A stretch of DNA of 64,000 bases from Methanofastidiosum sp. (GTDB taxonomy: Archaea; Methanobacteriota_B; Thermococci; Methanofastidiosales; Methanofastidiosaceae): NCBI GenBank assembly GCA_013178285.1, contig JABLXD010000012.1, forward strand, positions 5,174 through 69,173. Direction: 5' to 3'. How positions within the stretch are numbered: the first letter of the stretch is position 1; the number at the start of each line of letters is the position of its first letter. The translations under genes and the position numbers were made by a program. Under the pieces are notes generated by a model. That model saw nothing but the letters and a program-made list of their open reading frames with translations, ran no database searches and was not told the DNA's origin. Positions 8,185 through 17,100 of this stretch are shown here, piece after piece.

Positions 8185-8294
8185 AAAAATAAAGTCAATA
8201 AGGTTAAATAAAGGAGTGTAAAAAGATTAAAAGACTCTCCTTTTATTTACATCTTTTAGGCCTAGGGGCACGTTTATTTATTGACTTTATTTTT
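8185..8294. repeat. 110-bp structured element: perfect 17-bp inverted repeats (AAAAATAAAGTCAATAA / TTATTGACTTTATTTTT) enclosing an inner hairpin and a GGCCTAGG palindrome
   Basis: Left arm 8185–8201 and right arm 8278–8294 are exact reverse complements. Inner stem aaaggagtgt...actctcctttt at 8211–8244. ggcctagg at 8259–8266. Confidence 0.5.
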
Positions 8295-8462
8295 TTAATG
8301 GCCTATAAAAAGACCTAAAAATCATCTTTTGACGCCTTTAATGAATTCTTTATCTGTATGCGCTTGGCTCCTTAACAAGTGCGAGGGACTACAGTATTAC
8401 TCGAAAGAGTAGAGAGAAGAATTATTAAACTATTTAAATAAATAAACAAAATAATTATAAAA

Positions 8463-8801
8463 ATGATAGAAGGAATTATATTGGGAATAGGACTTCATGC
8501 AAAAGTAAAAGTAAAACAAAAAAGAATAAATAAAAAAAGACCTATTTTAGAATTGGAAGGAGGGCATGATCTTTTTAAAAAAGATAACAAGTGGAACTAT
8601 CTGACTAGAATTATTGATAGAGAAAATGATCATTATTTAGAAGTTATAAAAGATATAAAAACAGAGAAAATTATTAAAAAAGAAGATTGTAAACTTTCAG
8701 ATCATTACGGCCATGGCAGTGCCAAATGGAAAAAGAACAGATATAAGATACTTAGATTTTTTAAAACCATAATCTCATTTTTTAAAAGATTATTTGTCTG
8801 A
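8463..8801 (+). CDS. Hypothetical protein (112 aa), highly basic
   Basis: ORF only. K/R-rich, no motif recognised. Weak coding call in an AT-rich region. Confidence 0.3.
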   Translation: MIEGIILGIGLHAKVKVKQKRINKKRPILELEGGHDLFKKDNKWNYLTRIIDRENDHYLEVIKDIKTEKIIKKEDCKLSDHYGHGSAKWKKNRYKILRFFKTIISFFKRLFV

Positions 8802-9031
8802 TTCTTTAAGATTAGATAACGAAAAACAATATTTTTTTTATAATTCACTTTTTGAACTTCGTCAACAGCATGAATATAGACCCTAGTAGAGAAAATTAAT
8901 TACTAACTCCTCTAAATCCCCATTATTTTCCCTAACTACCCCGCCCTAAACAGCCACAAAATCATTTACGTATAATAATCCTATTTTAGTTAGAAGAAGG
9001 TATTTAAATAAAACGCCAATATATAAGGACG

Positions 9032-9289
9032 ATGACTACCAATGTAAGGCGTGTCTGGGATAAAATGGAATACGAAACTCCTAAGGCCTACGATGCATTT
9101 CTCTCCTATTGTGAGTTGGGCCCAAATAGAAGCCTATCAAAGTTGTCAAAGAATCTCAAGAAAAGCAAGTCGCTTCTCTCACGCTGGTCCGCTAGATATG
9201 ACTGGTTCTATAGGGCTTCCACATACGACAAGTACCTTCATGAAATGGTTATGAGAGAAGTTGCAATTATTTGGGCTATGGTCATTTGA
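9032..9289 (+). CDS. Hypothetical protein (85 aa)
   Basis: ORF MTTNVRRVWDKMEYETPKAYDAFLSYCELGPNRSLSKLSKNL... The composition is less AT-skewed than an intergenic shadow ORF would be. The overlapping frame 9051..9254 is rejected. Confidence 0.3.
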   Translation: MTTNVRRVWDKMEYETPKAYDAFLSYCELGPNRSLSKLSKNLKKSKSLLSRWSARYDWFYRASTYDKYLHEMVMREVAIIWAMVI

Positions 9290-9516
9290 GTATCTAATAT
9301 GCTCAATCTATTAACAAAAAAATAGTATGGCGCATATCTAAACAAAATTATAAAAGAAATAATCGTGAATAATCCAATAAATAAAGGAGTCTTATAATTA
9401 ATTTCCATTATTAGAAATCTCAAGTTGGAATATATAAATGTATATATAATGCGAGTTTATTTTGGTGAATTTCTCAATGAAAAAATATTTCCCTATTTGA
9501 AGAAAAATAAGTATAA

Positions 9517-10044
9517 TTATTTTTTAAAGAAATTTATTTTATCTCCTACTAATGAAACAATAAAAATAGAACTTAAGGTACCAATAAAAGCCGAAAATAA
9601 AATTCCTAAAAATAAGTTAATTCGATCTCTATTCTTATTATATAGAGATATGTCAGTAGTTTGAAAATTTTCATAATCAGCTATTTTGGCCCCACCAATT
9701 AAAGATTCTATATCATTTGATTTATTTCTCAATTCAAAATCAGAGTCCCATAAAATACTATAAGGATAATGATACGAAAATGCCCTCAAAAGATAATCTT
9801 TTTCTAAATCAAAATTCATATTTCTCTTAAATTTTATCTTAATATAAAGGTAAGAATAATTATTGGGATTAAATATATCTTGATTTAATTTTATATGTAT
9901 TGATGAATTATCAAATACAATTTTATCATTATTTATTTTGGAGGAATTATATATATTCTCATAAGCTATACTGAATGTGCGTTTTTCATAATTAGGATAA
10001 TAACGGTACACGTCAATGCTATCAATGTCTTTTGTATTTATCAA
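9517..10044 (-). CDS. Hypothetical protein with C-terminal TM anchor (175 aa)
   Basis: ORF only. C-terminal LFLGILFSAFIGTLSSIFIVSLVG. Confidence 0.35.
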   Translation of the reverse strand: MINTKDIDSIDVYRYYPNYEKRTFSIAYENIYNSSKINNDKIVFDNSSIHIKLNQDIFNPNNYSYLYIKIKFKRNMNFDLEKDYLLRAFSYHYPYSILWDSDFELRNKSNDIESLIGGAKIADYENFQTTDISLYNKNRDRINLFLGILFSAFIGTLSSIFIVSLVGDKINFFKK

Positions 10045-10087
10045 ATTTCCTTTTAAAGTGTCAATATTTATATAAAAATGTAAATAT

Positions 10088-10456
10088 TTATCGTATAAAA
10101 AATTTTTGTATATAGATGCTATCAGAATAGGTTTGGATAATAGTTGAAACGATTAATATCCCAAAAAAAGGCGGTATTAAGACTCCTAGTGAAGCAAATA
10201 AAGATCCCCAAAATCCCTTTATTTTGCTTCCTAATAATATTGACAAATTAAATGCAATTGGTCCCGGCATAGATTGTGCTATTGAGAGTAAATTAAAAAA
10301 TTCTTTTTCTGATATCAATTTTTTATTAATCAAATTTCTCTCTATTGCAGGGGCCATTGCATATCCGCCCCCAATAGTAAATCCGGATATCTTAAGAAAA
10401 ATGAGAAAAATAGAAAGTAATTCTCTATTTTTAGAGTCAAGAATCTTCATGTGCAA
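10088..10456 (-). CDS. Chromate-transporter (ChrA) family short-chain protein, apparently truncated (122 aa)
   Basis: FTIGGGYAMAPAIERNL matches the CHR-family GGGxAmiP signature. Only about 2–3 TM segments are present. No partner half-gene is adjacent. Confidence 0.45.
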   Translation of the reverse strand: MHMKILDSKNRELLSIFLIFLKISGFTIGGGYAMAPAIERNLINKKLISEKEFFNLLSIAQSMPGPIAFNLSILLGSKIKGFWGSLFASLGVLIPPFFGILIVSTIIQTYSDSIYIQKFFIR

Positions 10457-10592
10457 CTCCTTAAAATATTCTAACGATATAGATTTAAATCAATTTTTGA
10501 TGTAAACAATCGTATGAATTTATATTCGTAATCCAAAAACTTAAATATAGTTAGATGATTTAACATCAACATAAACAACAAAGGGGATTAAA

Positions 10593-12191
10593 TTGAGCGA
10601 ATATCTTTTGGAAGTTGAAAATATAACAATAACTTTTGATGGCAGAAAAATTCTTGATAATGTATCCTTCAAATTGAAAGAAGGGGAATCTTTAGGTTTA
10701 TTGGGTAAAAGTGGTAGCGGTAAATCTGTCCTTATCAACATATTGAGGGGAACTAAAGAATATAGGCCAACAGAAGGTAAAATCTTCTACAATGTTTCTT
10801 ATTGCCCAAAGTGTCTGAAAGTTGACCTTCCAAGCAAAAAGGGCACTAAATGCACTAAATGCAATGAAGAAATGATTCTAAAAAAAGTTGATTTCTGGGA
10901 AGATAAAACGCTCTTTAATCAAATAAGAAAAAGAACTGCTATTATGTTACAGCGTACATTTTCACTTTATGGTGAAAAAACGGTAATGGAGAATATGCAG
11001 GATGCTTTTACTGGAACTGAAATCCCAAGAAACATGGTCATACCAAGGATTATAGAACTTCTACAAAAAGTGAATATGGTCCAAAGGATGACACATATTG
11101 CAAGGGATTTATCGGGTGGAGAAAAACAAAGAATAGTTCTTGCAAGACAACTTGCCATAAATCCTATGTTACTTCTAGCTGATGAGCCTACAGGAACATT
11201 GGATCCTTTAACTGCAAGTACGGTTCATAATGTCCTTCTAGATTCGGTAAAACAAGGGATGTCCCTAATAGTCACATCACACTGGCCTGAAGCTATTGAG
11301 TTGTTGACTCAAAAAGCTGTTTGGCTTGAAAATGGAAAAGTAATCCAATCTGGAGATTCAAAAGAAGTTGTTAAATCCTTTATGCAAAAACTAATGCCTG
11401 AAGAGAAGATAAGATTCCCAGGCATTGGAAGTAGTATAATTGAACTATGGGATGTGAAAAAACACTACTATTCTATATCTCGTGGAGTTGTTAAAGCTGT
11501 TGATGGGGTTACTTTTGCCGTTAATGAAAAAGAGATTTTTGGATTAGTGGGCAAGAGCGGAGCTGGCAAAACTACAGTTTCAAGAATTATTGCTGGGATT
11601 ACTCCGTTTACTGATGGCGAACTAAACATAAGAATCGGTGATGAATGGATAGATATGAAAGAACCCGGATTCTTAGGTAAAGGTAAGGCAATGCTCTACA
11701 TGGGAATGCTTCACCAAGAATATACTTTGTATCCTGATAAAAACGTACTACAAAATTTAACTGACTCTATAGGAATCAAACTTCCAAAGGAATTAGGAAA
11801 AATGAAAGTTATTTCTGTCCTTGAAGGTGTTGGCTTTGAGGACCCAACTGAACTTGATGAAATACTACTTAAAATGCCAGATGCTCTTTCTGTTGGAGAA
11901 AAACATAGGATTGCATTGGCCCAAGTATTAATCAAGGAGCCAAGGATAGTTATTCTTGATGAACCTACAGGTACTATGGACCCATTCACAAGAAAAATTG
12001 TTGCAAAGTCTATAAGAAAAGCTAGGGAAGTATTGGGTGAAACATTTTTAATAGTCACGCACGACTCTGATTTTATCGTGGATGTTTGCGATAGGGCATG
12101 TTACATGAAAGATGGAAAAGTAGTTCTTATAGGGGAGCCTGAAGAAATAAAAGAACGAATGATATCTATTAAAGAACCTGAAAATGAATAG
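10593..12191 (+). CDS. atwA: Methyl-coenzyme M reductase system component A2 (AtwA-type tandem ABC ATPase)
   Basis: 532 aa with two ABC cassettes. Walker A GKSGSGKS and GKSGAGKT. Signatures LSGGEKQRIVLAR and LSVGEKHRIALAQ. Walker B LLLADEPTGTLD and IVILDEPTGTMD. A Cys-pair insert (CPKC...CTKC) in cassette 1. Size and architecture match AtwA of methanogens. Confidence 0.75.
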   Translation: MSEYLLEVENITITFDGRKILDNVSFKLKEGESLGLLGKSGSGKSVLINILRGTKEYRPTEGKIFYNVSYCPKCLKVDLPSKKGTKCTKCNEEMILKKVDFWEDKTLFNQIRKRTAIMLQRTFSLYGEKTVMENMQDAFTGTEIPRNMVIPRIIELLQKVNMVQRMTHIARDLSGGEKQRIVLARQLAINPMLLLADEPTGTLDPLTASTVHNVLLDSVKQGMSLIVTSHWPEAIELLTQKAVWLENGKVIQSGDSKEVVKSFMQKLMPEEKIRFPGIGSSIIELWDVKKHYYSISRGVVKAVDGVTFAVNEKEIFGLVGKSGAGKTTVSRIIAGITPFTDGELNIRIGDEWIDMKEPGFLGKGKAMLYMGMLHQEYTLYPDKNVLQNLTDSIGIKLPKELGKMKVISVLEGVGFEDPTELDEILLKMPDALSVGEKHRIALAQVLIKEPRIVILDEPTGTMDPFTRKIVAKSIRKAREVLGETFLIVTHDSDFIVDVCDRACYMKDGKVVLIGEPEEIKERMISIKEPENE

Positions 12192-12365
12192 CTAATTTTT
12201 CTCTAATATATTTTATTTATTTACATTATTAATATTTCAAAATACAAAGTTTTGAAAAGCAATAATATTAAACTATTGATTAACAATAATATTATATATT
12301 ATTTTCATTAATAACAATAATTGATTAATTATTGAAATTAATTTATTCTAAAATTAGCAATCATG

Positions 12366-13367
12366 TTATCGATGGGATAGGATATGAAGATATCGAGTAA
12401 GGCTTTTATGAACTCTAAAACTATAGATACTTTCAATTCTAAATCCTATTTCTTCAAAAGGATATTCTTTATCCAAGCCTACTACACATCTTTTTTTGAA
12501 AGATTCTAACATTGAAAAGAAACAATCTTTATACATCTTCTCTTTATCTTTATCTATTTTAGTTGAACGGCCATAAGGTGCATCGGTAACGATAGACTCA
12601 AACTTTCTACCAAAGGTCCCATATATCTTTCTTGCATCGCCCACACGAATATCAAAATTATGTATTCCATAATTTGAAAGATTCATTTTTGTTCCCAATA
12701 CGCTTTTTTCTTCTATATCTAGACCATAAGTTTCCAGGCCTATTAATCCTGCTTCAATTAAAATCCCCCCTGTTCCAGCAAAGGGATCCAAGATTTCTGA
12801 TTGTGCCTGAGAAATATTGATCATAGCTCTTGCTATACGTGGATCAATTGATGTTGGAGAAAAAAAGGGTCTAAGCTGTGGTTTTCTTTTGTTAAAGTCA
12901 CTCTTGTTTCTTTCGAATATTTTTTTCCCAATAACTAATCTATCATTTAAAATGACCCCAACTATTTCATCCATTGGATTCGTTAAATCTACCTTTATTT
13001 TATTTTGAAAAAAATTAGATATCGATTTTCCAATGATACTTTCGAGGTCCCCATAATCTTTAACATCTTTATTCTTAACTCTAACCTTAAAAGTTCTATT
13101 AAAGTCAAGTACAGAATCCCATTGTATTCCGGATAAAATTCTATCCATTTTTTCATCAATAATTGAATCAGAAATAATTTCCAAAACAAAATGGGTCAGG
13201 CCCAATCTATAAAGGAACTCAATATTTTTTTTATTAATGTTAACTAGTAGCAGTTGCCCCTCAGAATGCTCTATCTTATAGATTGCACCATAAGAATCTA
13301 GCAATGAAACAACTTCTTCTTTAGCAAATAAAGTGTTGCCCCCAGACAAAAAAAATAGTAATTTCAT
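12366..13367 (-). CDS. THUMP-domain tRNA (guanine-N2)-methyltransferase (Trm11/Trm-G10/Trm14 family)
   Basis: DPFAGTGGILIEA (motif I) and TDAPYG (motif IV, [DN]PPY-like) with an N-terminal THUMP-like region. 333 aa. Confidence 0.7.
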   Translation of the reverse strand: MKLLFFLSGGNTLFAKEEVVSLLDSYGAIYKIEHSEGQLLLVNINKKNIEFLYRLGLTHFVLEIISDSIIDEKMDRILSGIQWDSVLDFNRTFKVRVKNKDVKDYGDLESIIGKSISNFFQNKIKVDLTNPMDEIVGVILNDRLVIGKKIFERNKSDFNKRKPQLRPFFSPTSIDPRIARAMINISQAQSEILDPFAGTGGILIEAGLIGLETYGLDIEEKSVLGTKMNLSNYGIHNFDIRVGDARKIYGTFGRKFESIVTDAPYGRSTKIDKDKEKMYKDCFFSMLESFKKRCVVGLDKEYPFEEIGFRIESIYSFRVHKSLTRYLHILSHR

Positions 13368-14117
13368 CTATATCTCCATTGGAGCAAGGTACAAAGTAAA
13401 TCGACCTTCGTCTTTTGTAGGATACTCAAGTTTTAAGGGAAGTTTTGTTCCTCCAACAGATATTTTAAGGTAATCTGAGAGAGCATATGCATTTAAAAAA
13501 CTTAAAATATAGTTTAGATTATATTTTGAACGCTGAGTAGTTTTTGTTTCAAATTTTCTTATAGAACTTGAATCTGAAGAGATTTCAGCCAAAGCTTTTG
13601 ATGTGTAATCCTCAGATAGAATAGAAATATTATTTTTATGTACTGAAAAAAGGATAGTGCCTCCAATTATGGCCATATCTTTTATAATATCTCTAAAAAT
13701 CTTACTATCAATTTCAATGAAAGTTGAGTATTTTGGATTTAATGTTGGTATGTTAAAATTACTTGTTGAAAGTAAAGTAAATTCAAAATTTCTTTTAAAA
13801 TCACTTTCTAAAACAATTTCAATCTTGCCAGCTTTAGAATTGACATCAATTATCAATGATTCACCAGCACTTGCTCGTTTACATATTCTCGCAAAGGAAT
13901 CTATATTAATCCCAATAGACTCTTCAACATCTATTTGAAAAGTATCAAAAGTTTTAGCAGGCATGAAAAATTCAACTTTTGATATAAGAGAAGGATCTGT
14001 CCCCTCGATGTAGATCCCATTATTTTTTATTGTAAAAAGACATTCTCCCGTAAGTTCAGATATTGATTCAATTACTTGCTTAATAGATGATATATCACTG
14101 GATATGAAGCGGGACAT
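13368..14117 (-). CDS. pcn: DNA polymerase sliding clamp PCNA
   Basis: 249 aa, typical archaeal PCNA length and pattern (MSRFISSDISSIKQVIESISELTGECLFTIKNNGIYIEGTDPS...). The stop abuts the downstream methyltransferase start. Confidence 0.8.
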   Translation of the reverse strand: MSRFISSDISSIKQVIESISELTGECLFTIKNNGIYIEGTDPSLISKVEFFMPAKTFDTFQIDVEESIGINIDSFARICKRASAGESLIIDVNSKAGKIEIVLESDFKRNFEFTLLSTSNFNIPTLNPKYSTFIEIDSKIFRDIIKDMAIIGGTILFSVHKNNISILSEDYTSKALAEISSDSSSIRKFETKTTQRSKYNLNYILSFLNAYALSDYLKISVGGTKLPLKLEYPTKDEGRFTLYLAPMEI

Positions 14118-14179
14118 TAAAACACGTATAAGTTTATAAAAATAGTTATAAAAGATTTTCGTATAAGTTTATTAAATAC

Positions 14180-17100
14180 TTATATTGAATCCTTCTTCTT
14201 TCCCTTTATTACTTCTTTTGGATCAGGCACGGAATTAGAGTTATTAGAGGAGAATCGACGAATATTTTCTTCCTTTTTGCCTTTAATAACTTCCTTTATA
14301 TCTGGTACAGGAACATATGAATCATTTGAACTAGAAGGCCTTTTCTCTAATAATTCTTTAATTGAAGAGGGTATTTCGGGGGAGGTGTTGTTGTATCTAA
14401 AGTTGTTTGTCCAAGAGCTTCCCTTTTTACTTGATCCATTGTCGCCTTCTTTAAAGGGATTCTCTGGAGCACCGTTATTCTTCTTTTGTTTGAAGTCTTT
14501 GTATGCCCTTTCTACCGATGGAGGAAGATCTAGGTCGATATTTTTGGGAACCACTCTTCCTTTTATTTCTTTCAATTGCTCTTCTTCAAACTCAACATGT
14601 TTTTTATTTTCAATTTCGTTAATTTCATTTAATATTTTAGTCTGAAATTCGTCAAGTTCCTTTCTATCCATTAACTCTATATGACTAACATCCTCTGATT
14701 CAATTCTCTGCTCTGCTATTGCTATATTCTCTTTTCTTTTTTCAATTTCTTCTAAAGTTTTAGTAATTTCAGATCTTAATGATTCTATTTCAAAAGAATC
14801 AAGAGAGGCCAGCTTATCTTGATCCTGTAAAGTTGATTTTAATTCTTCTATATCTTTTCTAATCTCTTCCGGAGGGCCAAATTCTATCCTTGGGGGCCTT
14901 ATATTAATATCCTCTTCTGCTATTGGCATGACCTGTGGAGAATATTTCATTTCGGCCTTTGCATTGTTAATTTTAATTCCCTCTTTTTGTGAAGGTAGTT
15001 CTTTATTAATGACCCCTGCAGATTCCAATTCTTTTCTTAAAGATTCATTTTTTAGACCTTTGGATTCTTGAGATTCATATAAATGGGATAGGGAAAAAGG
15101 TTTCTTTTCTTGAGGTATGCCTTCTTTCTTCTTTGAAAATAATGAAAATTTACTCTTTTGTTTCTGTTTAATTGCAGGAGGCGCAACTTTTTTACCGAGT
15201 AATTCATGACCAATCTGATCTTTAGTTAGTATATTATCTTCACGTGTTGCAAACTCTTTAAACTTATTTTCAATTTCAAGACTTGGAGAGGGAGGTGGTT
15301 GCATTCTTTCTTTGGAGGGTATTTTTTCCTTCTTAGAAAACAGGTCAAAACTTTTCTTCTCTTTTTTAATGCCTCCATCTAGTGATTTAGATTGAGTTCC
15401 GAAGGGAGCTATTGGAGCCTGTTGTTCAGATTTAACAGATTTTTCTTTTTGTCTTGAGAAAACTCCAAATCCTTTTTCGGATTTAGTTGTTTTTTTCTTA
15501 ACTATCTCTGGGCCGGGAGGAGGTGTTCCACCTTTTTGGATCATAGATTTAGTAGATGGCCCTTTCGATCTGGTTGATCTATAGACCGAGTATCCTACTA
15601 CGGACAAAAGTAGTGCAATAATTGCAATTATAATATATGGCGCATATGGGGAAGACTTAATATCCTCTATTGTTTGAGTTACGGCTTGAGGGACACTTGG
15701 TACGCTAGATTGAGGAGCTACTTTTGCTTTAACACTGATTGCTGTTCTTTCAATATCAAAAGATTTTAACTCCTCAAAGGCGTTCATCCAGTAGAACTTT
15801 GAGTCTTCTAAGATAAAGGAGCCAGACTTTGTAGCTTTTATTTGTATTTCTTTTGATACCTCAGCCCCACCTTTAATTTCTTCAATTATAATTTCTTTAT
15901 CTCCAGAAATTATTTCAAATTCTGAAGGAAGTGCTTCAGCTATTTTAACTTCGTATATATCGTCCTTGCCCCAGTTTTTGATATTATATATAATTTTCAA
16001 TACTTCTCCTTCTTCAATTTCATTAGTAGAGATAGTTCTAGAAATTGAAGGTCCCCAAACTGTAACTAATGTAGGGGATAGAGATTTAGTTCCTTTGACG
16101 CCCCACTCGTCTTCATAAGTAGAAGCTGTTTGGCCAATCTGGTATTCTCCGCCTTGAGAAGGAACTAATGTGTATCTTAAAGTAACTCGCTCTTCTGGTT
16201 TCAGTTGGCCTCCCCAATAATTAATACCTGTTGTCAATTGAAGATTTGAAGGTATCCTGTCCTCGATTCTTACATTTTTAGCATCGCCATCGCCAGTATT
16301 AGTTATTATTGTTGTAACAGGGATGATATGCCCAATTCTAACAATATCCGATTCATATTCAGATTCTTGTCTAATCAACTGTATATTTGGAGTCCTTCCA
16401 CCAACAGTTATATTTGTAGATGCTTCAGATTTAGCCTTCTTCGCAGCAATATCTTCAAATTCTGATGAAGTATTGATAGTGAATATCTTATCCTTATTCT
16501 CTTGAAGAACTCTGACTGTGAATTTAGTTGTTTTGGAATCTCCTTGTTTTAAACTATCAACAAACCCTCCAAGTTCTCCGTCTACAAGCTCTATATCCCC
16601 AGAAATAGAGTTGATATAGCTTATTTTCTTTGCAAGACCATCTCCTGTGTTAGTTAAAGTTAGGACAACATCGACATACTTATAATCTGCAAAAGAATAA
16701 TCTTCATTGAAATATTGGATATTGGAAATTGTAATCTTAGGTTCTCCGTTTACTCTTACTGATGTACCTGATGCTATATGTTCAAAACTATGCCCTTCTA
16801 GATCATAATATAATAATTTAGTATCCCCAATTTTATATTCGCCTGGATACGACGCTGTTATGATATAATTATACATTTTTTCCTGTTCTGGTTTTAGTTC
16901 AGGAATTGTATATTCTATTCTTTTTATTTTAGGATTGTCAATCAATCTAAATCCTTCAGGGACATAATCAAGAACCTGCACATCTCTTGCAATTTTATTT
17001 CCAGTATTTCTTACAACTAGCACGACTATAACAGAATCTCCCCTAGATATGGTAACTCTATCCAATTTTTTAAGAATTTCAAGTCTAGGAAATTCCTTGC

